Of a stretch of 48,831 nt of DNA, positions 34,962 through 46,800 are shown piece after piece. How positions within the stretch are numbered: the first letter of the stretch is position 1; each line of letters starts with the position of its first letter. A program made the position numbers and the translations under genes. Source of the DNA: Octopus bimaculoides (lineage: Eukaryota); NCBI RefSeq assembly GCF_001194135.2, contig NC_068991.1:53446848-53495678 (forward strand), given 5' to 3'. The notes under the pieces were generated by a model. It was not told the origin of the DNA and did not search any database. It saw nothing but the letters and a program-made list of their open reading frames with translations.

Positions 34962-35690
34962 TGACCTCTCTCTCACTCGTGCTCTCTTACTCTCATCGTG
35001 CTCTTTCTCTCACACTCGTGCGCTCTGTCTCGTTCCCTCGTGCTCTCCCACCCACTCACTCGTGCTCTCCCTCCCTCCCTCGTGCTCTCTCTCTCACTCG
35101 TGCTCTCACTCTCTCCCTCGTGCTCTCTCTCTCGCTCTCATTCGTGCCTTCTCTCTCTCACTCGTGCTCTCACTCTCTCCCTCGTGCTCTCTCTCTCGTT
35201 CTCACTCGTGTTTTCTCCCTCTCCCTCACTCGTGCTCTTTCTGTCACGCGTGCTCTCTCTCTCACTCATGTGCTCTGCCTCGCTCTCTCGTGCTCTGTCT
35301 CTCACTCATGCTCACTCTCTTTCTCTCTCTCTCTCACTCATGTGCTCTGTCTCGCTCTCTCGTGCTCTGTCTCTCACTCATGCTCACTCTCTTTCTCTCT
35401 CTCTCTCACTCGTGCTCTCTCTCACTCGTGCTCTCTCTCACTCGTGCTCTCTCTCACTCTCACTCATGCTCTTTCTCTCACTCTCACTCATACTCTCTCT
35501 CTCTCTCTCTCACTCGTGCTCTCTCCCTCTCACTTAGTGCTCTCACTCTCTCACTCGTGTGCTCTCTCTCTCTCACTCGTTCTCTTTCTCTCATTCGTGC
35601 CCTCTCTCTCGCACTCGTGCTCTCTCTCTCACTTGTGCTCTCCATCTCACTCGTCCTCTAACTCTCACATGCGCTCTCTCTCTCACTCAA
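34962..35690. repeat. Compound CT-rich minisatellite (CTCACTCGTGCTCTCT-like units)
   Basis: About 730 bp of CTCGTG/CTCATG motifs spaced by (CT)n. Gives spurious ORFs in all three plus frames. Confidence 0.9.
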
Positions 35691-37219
35691 TATGGTCTTA
35701 GTGAATGGAGACTCTTTATAGATAATTCAAAGAAGAGTCTAAAATGTGTATTACTCCATGAAGGAAACTTGTTTGGTGCACTTCCTGTTGGTCACTCTGT
35801 GCACGTAAAAGAGAGTTATGATCACATAAAAATATGAACACAAATGGCTCGTATGTATGGATCTAAAGACGGTCTACTTTTTACTTGGCCAACAAGGAGG
35901 GTATACAAAATATCTATGTTTCCTGTGTTTATGGGACAGCTGAATGAGAGACAAACATTGGGAACAGAAATTAAAAACTAGGATTAATGGAGCAATTTGT
36001 CAAAGCTTTTAATGTGGAGGGTAACTGTTTCAAATTCATATGTACATTTCCTGGCCTAAGTATAGGCGCAGGAGTGGCTGTTCAGTCTCACTGCGTGGCA
36101 CCTTGGGCAAGTGTCTTCTACTATAGCCTCGGGCCGACCAAAGCCTTGTGAGTGGATTTGGTAGACGGAAACTGAAAGAAGCCTGTCTTATATATGTATA
36201 TATAGATATGTATGTATGTGTATGTGTTTGTGTTTGTCCCCCCAATATCGTTTGACAACCGATGCTGGTGTGTTTACGTCACCGTAACTTAGTGGTTCGG
36301 CATAAGAGACCGATAGAATAAGTACTAGGCTTGCAAAGAATAAGTCCTGGGGTCAATTTGCTCGACTAAAGGCGGTGCTCCAGCATGGCCACAGTCAAAT
36401 GACTGAAACAGGTAAAAGAGTAAAGAGTAAGTTATGATAAAGTAACAGCTGGTGTTTTTGATGGGCCACAAATCAGAAAGTTAATGAAATGCCAGAATTT
36501 CTCGAGCTCAATGATAGACGTAAAGAAAAGAGCATGAGATTCAGTTGTGGCTGTTGTGAAAGGATTTGTGCGGGGTGAAAAAGCTGCAAACTACAAGGAT
36601 TTGGTAGAGACATTACACGATAGCTTTCATTTTTTTTTTTTTTTGGCTGCAACATGAGCATAGAACTTCATTTCCTCAATAGTCGTCTCACTGAATTTCT
36701 TGCTAATCTCGGCGACGTGAGTGATGCGCATGGTGAGCGTTTTCATCAAGCAATTAAGATCATGGAGGAGAAATATCAAGGCCGATGGAACACGCACATG
36801 ATGGTAGACTAGTGTTGGAGTATTCAAAGAGACTGTATAGACATGAAACGCCCCAGACGCTTTCGCAAGCAGAAATTTACTCTGAGAATGCAATGAAGGC
36901 ATGTGTATAATGGTTTGTGTTTTACCCATCATACTAGAGAATTAACAGTGTGTATTTAGTAAAATGTGATGCTATTTTACATTTCTTTTATCATTTCATG
37001 TTCTATTGACATTATAACTTATGGTTTGAAGCTATAAGACATAGTAAACTATCCTGACCAAGTGAATTATTTGTACAGTACATCATAAAATAGGGATATG
37101 CTATAAAATGAAAACTCGATGTGTTAGAAAAAAATGGACGCCATATTTGAAATCAGCATCTCAAAATTAACTAAAAACAACCGCAAAACCAAAGTCAGCA
37201 AAAAATGTGCTGACCAGTG
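35690..37219 (+). mobile_element. Chapaev3-like (CMC) DNA transposon, 5' truncated, decayed transposase
   Basis: EWRLFIDNSKKSLKCVLLHEGN, LLGQQGGYTKYLCFLCLWDS, GVFDGPQIRKL, GCNMSIELHFL, GDVSDAHGERFHQ, YQGRW..MMVD.CWS. Right end ...TGACCAGTG|TTA. Confidence 0.8.
36064..36427 (+). mobile_element. SINE family A nested in the transposase
   Basis: Near-consensus body with head deletion. Flanks TAAGTAT and TAAGTTAT (imperfect TSD). Confidence 0.88.
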
Positions 37220-37325
37220 TTATAAATGGTATTAAAGATTATAAGTATAAATTCTTTTGTTATTAGATTATCTTGTCAAATAACTGCGTAAATGACCGCG
37301 CGCGCGCACGCACACACGCACACAT

Positions 37326-37383
<58 letters not shown>

Positions 37384-37859
37384 GTCATAGTTTTATAACT
37401 GCTTTTCCATATTGTCATGGGTTGAATAGTTCTACTCCAGAACAGTGTCTCTCCTTTGTTACTGTTCACGTCTCTTTCATGAAGACCAGCGATCAAATCT
37501 CAACCTTTTTTCCATCTCCTTCTTGTACAGGTTTCCTCAAAACTGGAATGAATGTTTGATCTCTTCCCCGACCCGAATGTAACCTTTGCTATTCCCCATG
37601 TGTCCCTTCATACCAATGTAATTTCTCTATATCCTATCATACCCTACGGTTCATTTCCCCTGTTTTCCTTATTTTTCTTTTTCTCAGCTCACTCTTGTCC
37701 TGTCATTCATGTTTACTAACAATACAGATCGAGCAGAGCATGCACGCCTCATCTTCCAGCCTTCACACCTACTCCATTCTCAGAGCATGTCTCACTATTG
37801 TGCAACAGCGGACTTCATAAACAAACTCTATACAAGTTGTTTTTTTATTTCATTCTTTT

Positions 37860-38190
37860 ATTCTTTTACTTGTTTCAGTCATTTGACTGCGGCCATGCTG
37901 GAACACCGCTTTTAAGGGTTTTTTAGCCAAATAAATTGCCCCCAGGACTTATTCTTTGTAAGCCTAGTACTTATTCTATCGGTCTCTTTCGCCGAACCGC
38001 TATGTTATGAGGACGTAAACGCACCAACATCGGTTGTGAAGTGATGGTGCGGGGGACAAACGCTGACACACACACACACGACGGGCTTCTTTTAGTTCCT
38101 GTCAACCAACTCAACTCACAAGGTTTTGGTCAGCCCGATGCTACAGTAGAAGACACTTGCCCAAAGTGTCCCACAATGGGACTGAACTCG
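37860..38190 (-). mobile_element. SINE family A, antisense
   Basis: TTGTTTCAGTCATTTGACTGCGGCCATGCTGG...GACACTTGCCCAAAG. Confidence 0.8.
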
Positions 38191-38340
38191 GGAGAAATTT
38201 GGTGAGAAAAAATTTTGTTATCAACAGAGGTGATAGTTCCCCGACGTTTCTCCATTCCCTCTTTACCCAAGCTACTATATTTTCAGTACATTCACTTCCA
38301 CTACTGATTAGGTCCCCCACATTGCAGAGTTCGTGCCTTA

Positions 38341-38480
38341 CCATATTTACTCGTGTATAAGTGACATTTATGTGATAAGTTGACCTTTAATGTAGCGTTA
38401 AATCTTGGTATAACATTTTTTCTTCCTATCATAGTTTTAACTTTGCTCCGTGTATAAGTCGCACCCCAGATTTTTCAGTT
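38341..38480 (+). mobile_element. pogo/Tc2-like DNA transposon end
   Basis: TA|CCATATTTACTCGTGTATAAGT with internal repeat CGTGTATAAGTCGCAC. Opposite TIR not found. Confidence 0.45.
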
Positions 38481-38858
38481 AAAATTAAATGTAAAAATAA
38501 ATGCAGTTTTAGCAATGAAAGTTTTGCTATATTAATATACAGGCTCTGAGGTCACCAGTGTGGCGGTTTGTTGATACCACCACCTTTGTCCGTTGGTTAT
38601 TAGTTTAACAAAAGTTGTTCTCACGTCTGGTTGACTCCATGGTTGTAGGTGGAAAATGACGATGACGATGACGGTAGTTGTTGAGTGCAGTGTGTGACAG
38701 ACAGATGTCACTAACTGTGTTTGTGTGTTCAATAGCTGCTTAGTGATATACAATAACAACTCGCTTTAAGATTATAAAGTTTTATTGTTGCGGCGGATTA
38801 CACATGAATTGCCTTGCATAGAGTTCTGTATAGAGATGTGTAGTGTTAAACAGAGATG

Positions 38859-39286
38859 GGCACTATCATGCTATTAGCTGTCAGAAGTGAAAGTGCTCAC
38901 TGCCTGCTAGTGAAGTATCTGTCTGTCTGCCTGTCTGCCTGCATGCATGTTGCTGGCCTGTCGATTCTTTGGCAACTGACAGCTAATACCATGACTGGCC
39001 GGAGCGAGCTATATGTCTGTCTGCCTGTCTGTCTGTCTGTCTGTCTCTCTCTATTTATCTATCTATTACTCGAAAGTTCGCGCGTCCGCGCTAGCTAGTC
39101 GTGAGTAGAAAACACAAATTTAATATAAAAACATATTTCCTGAAATTGCAAATTATTTAAAATATAAAAATATAATTTTCAACAGAGAGAATTTATCAAA
39201 ATAGAAAACAAATGAAGTTTGAAGTTTAAAAATAATAGGATCGACCACTCACGACTAGCTAGCCCGGACGCACGAACTTTCGAGTA

Positions 39287-39365
<79 letters not shown>

Positions 39366-39516
39366 TATAGCTCGCTCCGGCCAGTCATGGTATTAGCTGT
39401 CAGTAGCCAAAGAATCGACAGGCCAGCAACAGGCATGCAGGCAGACAGGCAGACAGACAGATACTTCACTAGCAGTGAGCACTTTCACTTCTGACAGCTA
39501 ATAGCATGATAGTGCC
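38859..39516. mobile_element. Foldback element with ~250-bp TIRs (Merlin- or MULE-like, non-autonomous)
   Basis: Arms 38859-39106 and 39247-39516 are reverse complements. Termini GGCACTATC...GATAGTGCC, 8-bp TSD CAGAGATG/TAGAGATG, 140-bp AT-rich spacer. Confidence 0.88.
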
Positions 39517-39984
39517 TAGAGATGTTTGTGGTGTGTTAGCAGTAAATGAATGAATGCGTGAAGACATTAGTTGTGCTTTGTGTATATAGAAAGCGACTTG
39601 ATAGAAGTGTTTCTAGTAAACATGAGATAACGGCATTGAGTTTGGTCTATACTGCTAGCGCACGTGGAAGAAGAATGTTCTTGTGTGAGAGAGGCCAGCG
39701 TTAACGCGATAGAACAAAGCAAAACAAGGAACTCAAGGAACTCGATTGAACAAGGTGGCAGCTACATTATATAAGTCACAATCAGGCGTAGCAGAGAGCG
39801 CCTGTTCGAGGGAGCTTGTTTATTCAGCCAGTCACAGACTGAAAACTTACGGTGTCGTCTGAGCCTACTTGAAATCCCAAAATGCATGCTTTAAACAAGT
39901 GCTAGTTCAGATATGCGACACAGTACTTCTTGTGAGATTTCTGACCAACAAGAATACGACCATTCTATGTTTAATTATTGATTG

Positions 39985-40160
39985 ATTAGAAATTTTGGCA
40001 CAAGGGATGGGGTAAGTCGATTACATCGACCCCTGTACTTAACTGGTACTTATTTTATCGATCCTCGAAAAAAAGAAAAACAAAATCGATCTGGTGGAGT
40101 TTGAACTCAGAACGTTAAGACGGACGAAATGTGAACGGTTCTAGCAGCTCGCCACCTTTC
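39985..40160 (-). mobile_element. SINE family B, antisense
   Basis: GTCGATTACATCGACCCC...TTTGAACTCAGAACG...CAGCTCGCC. Confidence 0.72.
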
Positions 40161-40429
40161 TATGTTTAATAATCAACCATTACTGGTCTTCAAGAGGTTT
40201 CTGAATTACAAATAAAAAAGATATTTTCTCGGCGTGTTTTTCACTGAAACCACATATTTCCATTTCCAGTTATAAACTAAGGTGTGTCATTGACATCTGC
40301 GTTGTTGTGGGTGGTGGAAATTAGATCTGATAAACGCGATATATAGCATGAGAATGAGAATAATGTTACAGAGATACAAATCATAACTGACTTTGACAGC
40401 GCCATTTTGTTGACTTAATAGACCGCTTA

Positions 40430-40975
40430 TCATTCTTGTTAATGTTGTATTGTTTCATCTCCAGCAGATTTATGGCAAATCGTGTTCATGTGGTTGTTCC
40501 ATGTATATTTTTACGTAGTTTTGGTTTCCTCACCATGTCTTCTACTTGTGGTGTGAATGTATTGTATGTATCTTCCAATACCTTTGCCTTCTGTGTGTAT
40601 AGTTTGTTTACGTTGTTGAATGTGATGTTTGGTTGTATTTCATACTCTCTGGTGTAACCAGTAAGAAAGAGACAATGGATTTAATAAGTGCTACTTTTAA
40701 GGCGATTGTTGTGGATCCAGATTTCTCGAGGATTTAAGTAAAGTGCAGTACTGTCAGGAGAATGGTAGGAGGGTGTAAGTATGATGTATTCTGAACATAA
40801 GTTTCTCTATGAATTTCGTAGAATTATGGGAAGCTGGTTTCGATATAACTTAAAAGAAAGTAACATGATGGATCCCTGATGTACATCACTGACGACATCG
40901 AAGGCTCTGTACACTACATAAGTTCTGCAGTTAGTTTGCTATCCAGCATTTTGTGTTGTTGATCTAAGGCAGTGT
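40430..40975 (-). pseudogene. Highly decayed non-LTR RT-like fragment
   Basis: Weak motifs only (RAFDVV, HQGSI). Clade not assignable. Confidence 0.3.
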
Positions 40976-41184
40976 TGAATATTTGTTTATGAGAAATGGA
41001 GTCAAAAGGTTTACTGATTCTTTTATTCTTTAATTCTTTTACTGGTTTCAGTCATTTGACTGCAGTCATATTGGAGCCCCCCTTATAGAGTTTTAGTCAA
41101 AGTACTTATTCTTTCAGTCTCTTTTGCCGAACTGCTAAGTTACGGGGACATAAAAACAGACACACACATAGATATATACATACA

Positions 41185-41222
<38 letters not shown>

Positions 41223-41548
41223 GATGATATTTAAATTGGTATGTGAGTGGTTTTGGGGTCAATTACGTCATCATGTATATTTTCTTGGGTTGGTGACAAG
41301 TATGGGGATTGAGTGTAGGGGTCTGAATATGTACTATGATTTGATTTGGAGGGAAAGATGGATAATTTAAAAATGTCAAAGACAGTGGTGTAGTTAAAGT
41401 GTCTGACGCCCCATACAATCTGATATAGACGCAAAGACATCAGGAGCTGACGGGAAGACATAGCGATAGAAAGAAATTGATCTGGGGAAGTAACTAGTTA
41501 GTAATCTAGAAAAGACAATTAGTAAAGATATCGTGATTGATGTACTAG

Positions 41549-41690
41549 CAGAAAGGGTGCTGCTTTGGCGTGTGATCTACAAGGGAGACTACTTTTTCTA
41601 TATACTGATTTAAATAACAAAATCGATAAAAAGTAACCTAAAGTAATCTCCCTTTGAATTGTAGATCACACGCCAAATGGCACCTTTCTA
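41549..41690. mobile_element. Small MITE-like inverted repeat
   Basis: AGAAAGGGTGC..TTTGGCGTGTGATCTACAA..GGGAGACTACTTT pairs with AAAGTAATCTCCC..TTGTAGATCACACGCCAAATGGCACCTTTCT. Confidence 0.75.
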
Positions 41691-41860
41691 TTTCTTAAGA
41701 AATTATGTGAATTTAGAGCTGGTTCTTTGTAAAAATGCAATTGCCTTCGTCTCGTCGCTGATCATATTGTAAAATTCTTTAGCCAACATCTTACGGGTTT
41801 TTAGAAATTGAAAAGAAAACTAATAAGTAACCTAAAGTAATCTCCCTTGTACATCACACT

Positions 41861-42450
41861 AAACACGAAGGTTGCATTGTCAGAATTAGGGGTCATGTGC
41901 TAAAATACGAGGTAACATAAAATGAGCCAAAGTGGTGGAGGTACAACGTGCCAACAAAGCTACAATCTGGTCTTTGTCAGACTACTACAGGTGCGTACTA
42001 CTCAATTTCGAGCAGATGTGTGCAACTTTCCAGCCGCACATGGCATGACTGTTTGGAGCGAGTAATGGATTTCGAAACGAAGTGGGCTTTCGTCTCTATC
42101 TTGACGGCCAGTTAGAACTTTTGACTGAAGATGCGAATTGCTGCAAAAGGTTGAGAACAGCAGCTGAAGTATAGGAGGCGGTAGGCAGTTGCATGAAGCG
42201 TAAATCGCCCTGTCTGGGTTGTCTGTCCTATAAGTTTCACATATTCATACTATATTTGTTTGGTGACTTTTGGTAGATGTCTACTGAAACTGGCAGCAAA
42301 ACAGGAAAATTCCTAGTTATGTGAGCTGGTGAGTGGTAACGTTGGCGAGAAAGAACGCCAGCAAGTGAGGTGGGGTCGTAAATAACTTTCAGCCCATAAC
42401 TTCACTGAAGACAGAGTTTAAGATTTTAACCACAGAGTTAACGAAGAGGT
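41861..42450 (+). pseudogene. Tx1/L1-clade LINE ORF2 fragment (linker to RT start)
   Basis: KHEGCIVR..., EAVGSCMKRKSPCLGCLSYKFH (KSPGxDG-like), NNFQPITSLKTEFKILT. Confidence 0.75.
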
Positions 42451-43499
42451 CATCGCATGTCGATGTTCTTATCAGGGAAAGGCAAATATGCAGATTCTGA
42501 AAAGTTTCATCCACGATAACCTTCACTCCATGTGATAGGTTATATGATATGAAGAGTTGGAAAGAAAACTGTTGGTTTTAGAGAAACTTTCGACATACTA
42601 TGAAATTTAATCCACCTCTAACCCCGCAAAAAAAAAAAAAAAATCAGAGAAATAAGATTATATGAAAGTTAAAAGGAGTTTATCTTAATTTTTGCTAAGG
42701 AAAATACTTTTACTTTCATGGGACTTTAAGGAATGTTTTCTAGCTTCTTGTTATTTTTTCTTGTATTTCTGCAGATTATTTTGTCCGACAAAAATTTATT
42801 CTTCGTTTTCGTTTTACTTTTCTGCAAATTTAAGCAACATTCCAGAGCTTAACGACAGTGTTTTCCTGGACAAAAAGTGAGTTTCTTTAATTTATTTTAT
42901 AAAAACAAAGGATTAAACAAATCTAATATGTTTAAATAATTGTTGAAATCCAGCATTAGAAAAGATACATTTTTTGCTCTATAAATTTCAATTTTAATTT
43001 ACATTATATTTTTACATTCCTGCAGTTTTTTCTCCTGCAAAATTTATTCTTACTTCGCATTTAAAGAACCTCCACTGTGAAACGAAACCGAAGAGTTGAA
43101 GCTACAAAAGAAAGAATGAAACGATACAGTCAAAAGATGAGAGAAGAACAGGCAAAAAGAGATAGTTTAAGACAAAATCAACGGATAGAAAGAACCAACA
43201 GGACTGAGTACGGGTGTGTAGGTTGCCTATACAATGAAGGAGAAAATCAATAAATATGAAGAGGAAAAATGGTCAGTAAACTGCGAAGTCAGAGAAGTTC
43301 TGTAAAATATCATGAACGAGGATGAGTGAGTAGAATATCAGAAAGAACTTGGAGAAAGGAATTGAGTATAACGAATAAAAAGAATGAACGAAGAACTGTT
43401 GTTTAATTTGAGAAATGTTCAACCAAAAAAAACAGAATCGTAGACGGCTTGGTTCGTCTAATACACGACACTTAGAATGAACAAATTACAGTATCGAAG

Positions 43500-43830
43500 A
43501 AACTTGTAAATCCCGTCCTCCCTGAGATGCTTCGCGTGTCAGAAAGAAGCTTCTAAAACGCCACAATGGTAAAGTATCACTTCTTTCTCTTCATTCTCAG
43601 ATGAACTGAGATCACTCTTTGTTGCAAATAACGAAAATATCCGAATCACAATTGTGCGGTTTCATATGCTTCACTTAGTGCAAGACTACAACGTTTGAAG
43701 TAAGAATTGTCTTCGACTTCAAGGACAAGTATTCCATTCTACTTCTTTTCTGCACACGGGAAATAATTACTAGCATATAACAAACTTTACATTAATGATG
43801 TAAATGAAACTTTACAATATCAGATAGCAG
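43500..43830 (+). pseudogene. Helitron RepHel N-terminal fragment
   Basis: ENIRNHNCAVSYASLSA (frameshifted), CLRLQGQVFH, QLYIND-like motif. Confidence 0.65.
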
Positions 43831-44659
43831 CTCCTCAAAATTCAGGAGGAATGTGATGAACACAGCATAAAAAATTACGGTTTTTCAAAATCCCGTGAGC
43901 TAGAAGACTTAAAAACCAAGAATTTTGTTAATATTGTAGCAAACAGACACATGTAGCGAATAGACAATATATTCACAATCTGAAGTCGAAACTGTGATCT
44001 GAATGCTCCAGCATGTTAATTTCCATCGTTCTCTGGATTTGCATTCGGAATTTATGAGTGTGACCTGTCAAATTCTTTACAGTCTTTAGTAAAAATTTAG
44101 TTCAACCCAGATAGCTCACCAAATTTCCATTGTCATACTGACCCTGTTTAGAACGTCCCTTCTTTCCTCAGTGCTGTCAGAGAGTTAATCTCTCTCTCTC
44201 TCTCTTGCTCTTCCTCGCTCTTTACGCAGTGGCTGTCACAGAAGTAGCAAGCCACTCTTACTCTCTATACTCGACAACTTTCTCTCTCTCCCTCTTTCCC
44301 GTCAAGTAAATTAGCTACTTAGGCTTACTAACTTGTCAACAATGGCATCATGCAAGCCTTATTACTACCTGTCCCCTTTCACATTAACATAGTAAAGTTT
44401 CTACGTTCTCTAACAAACGTTTGTAATCTAATTCTCCACCCCCATTGAGGTTCATTAAACTTGTCGGTTAGATGGAAGTTATGCTGTATATGAACTATTT
44501 CTTTTGTCAATTTACTTCAAGAATCAAGAAATTACGAACATGCAGCCTTCCTTTAAATGATGCCTTTCCACCTTGCCTTACCCAGCCATCATCGAACTCC
44601 AACTTTATTTTAATTGTTGTATCAGTAACCAATCACGCCATTACATTTGATAACCACCA

Positions 44660-44930
44660 CAATGACATAACCGTTCACTACACTTAAAGAAAATGCAGTC
44701 CCCCGTAAATATGAATATCATTTCGGACGAGGCCCTGATCAGGCAGGGAAATTTTCCTTCAGGTAATGAAATCACCGTTGTGTTTATTAGTGAAAACAAA
44801 CTCTTTCCAGAAAATAGAGATATCATAACTGATCTAAGAAACGTACCAGCAACAAGCATCTCATATCTATCACGCCATTTTGACACAATGTGTTACACTC
44901 TTTTATTTTTTAAACGATGAATTTGGTTGG
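44660..44930 (+). pseudogene. Helitron RepHel fragment, colinear with 43500-43830
   Basis: GNEITVVFISEN..PENRDI...ISYLSRHFDTMCYTLLF..GW, the EVAAI...DPLQYPLLFP.GW pattern. Confidence 0.7.
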
Positions 44931-45567
44931 TACAACATGGCTATGCAGCATGCTGATGAACGACGGTACAACATGGTTATGCAGCATGCTGATAAACGAC
45001 AAACCTGTGTTTGAAATAAAGTGGCAGTTACCGTGATTTATGCCGGGGTGACTTGAATGTCCATTCACCGATCAATTCAGCTTTTTTTTTATCAATATTT
45101 AGTCGGAACATTCGTGGTGGTCGAAGGGTGTTGTTCAGTATTTAAGAAACAGCCTAACTCAACTGGGAGTTCACAGCGAGAGAAGACCCGAATTTAATAT
45201 ATTGTTACAAACACTTTAAAGTTTTCTAATCCGTAATTTTTTTTCAAAATCTCAAGTTATGTAGCTTATAATAAAAGTCTTTAGCATACTGAAACAGTTT
45301 TATGAACGTATACTATTATGTTTCCAGTTCAAATCACGCCGAGGTCAATTTTTCTTTTAATATCTCCAGGGTCAATAAAATAAGGTACCTCCTCCTCCTC
45401 CTTCTTCTTCTTCTTCTTCTTCTAGCAGATTCAGGTGGTCGTGGAAGGTAGGAAACCCAGATGTTATATCAAAATTGATCACCTATAAACCTTCTGCCCC
45501 ACTGTGGAGAAGTCGAGAGAAGCGCCTCACTCCGCACCGCTGTTCCCAACGCCAAATCCGTTGCAAC

Positions 45568-46005
45568 TGTAGTAATGCCGTGCGCATGCGTAGTCTCACG
45601 CATGCGTGGAATTAAACAAGCAAGCGTTCCCGCTTCTATTCTATCTCTTTCTCGGTCGGCCGGCCATGAGCATGGACGTGTCAAGCAGTGTCTCCAACAT
45701 TCCAACCTGGAGACTATCTCTTTCTTGCTGGCCAGCAATAGAGCATGGACGTGTTTAGCTGTCACTCTCCATCTTTCGGACTTACACTCGACAGCTCGCT
45801 TACATCTACATAACAACGTCCCAACAACTATGCTCACACACACAGAAGCTGTTACAACAAACAAGAGCTAAAGATGTATATATTTACCACCTGAATAAAT
45901 GTTGTTTAAGTTGATAGTCTGGAGTTCAGCGTTCCGTTATATTTCTAATTTTATATAGGAAAGTCAGGTATACATCTAATGATGTATAACCAACTTTCCT
46001 ATACA
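45568..46005 (+). mobile_element. Candidate solo LTR (alternative start 45503)
   Basis: TGTAGT...TATACA termini, AATAAA 45895, subterminal inverted repeat TATAGGAAAGT...ACTTTCCTATA. No TSD found. Confidence 0.45.
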
Positions 46006-46199
46006 ACCTTTAAGAGGAAAGCAGCGGCAACTACAACAACAAACACATGACCAAATAGAGTGAAAAGCAACTTACTCCTGGGCTATAGAAGAGACATAAA
46101 CACTCGATTGGGTAATAGTTGGGCGATCACCAAAAAGAAAAAGATCGTTGGCTATTCATATCACAAATTCGGGACCTCTGCAGTCAACTTAAAAAAGAC

Positions 46200-46800
46200 A
46201 CTTAGATAAGAATCCGGTTACAGGAAGATGAATGCGTCCTTCCCGGCGCGGAAGGATTTCAGAGATCGGATTAATTGACTAGTTAAGAAGGAATTGGCAG
46301 GTGGTGAGTTACCCTAAAAAGGAAAATCAGAGAAGCATCAGTTAGTTTTAGTTAAGAGATTGCTTTCGAGAGCAATAAAATAGAAAATAGATTAGTTAGT
46401 AGCTTAAAAGAGGTACATAGAACAGGGATAACCATGTGCTAGCGTCGAAAACGGTACTTCACTACTTCTTCGACGTAAAACACGAAGGTTGCATTGTCCG
46501 AGCTAGGATGCGTGGACTGAAACATGAAAGCTCAAAAGCCGTTTGCTGGGCCCAGGTAGCGGAGGCACAGCACAACAACAAGTCTAGAATTCGCTCAGTG
46601 ACAGACCGTAGCGGCCGTATGCTTTCCGATTCCAAACAGATGAGTGCAGTGTTTCGGCAGCACTTCGTCGACTTCTTTTCGAAGAGTGGTATACTTGAGA
46701 CAGCGGGCTTTAAGACCTACCTCGATCTCCTGCGATACATCGTAGAACCGATAACGATAAGATACCGTTTTGGAGGGGAACTGGTCAATTTGGACCAGTC
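46200..46800 (+). pseudogene. Tx1/L1-clade LINE ORF2 fragment (EN-RT linker)
   Basis: GYRKMNASF, WWVTLKRKIRE, KHEGCIVRARMR...FRQHFVDFF. Shares AAACACGAAGGTTGCATTGTC with 41861. Confidence 0.75.

Noticed and set aside
34934-35701. ORFs of 179-255 aa in three frames
   Set aside because: Translation of a CT-rich minisatellite that lacks stop codons.
42692-42880. Possible exon ending AAAAA|GTGAGT
   Set aside because: No homology recognised and no phase-compatible partner exon found.
44930-45000. 36-bp direct repeat
   Set aside because: A simple local tandem duplication at the end of the Helitron fragment.
45469-45871. 131-aa and 98-aa overlapping ORFs
   Set aside because: They lie in a GC-rich LTR-like repeat and have no recognisable protein motifs.
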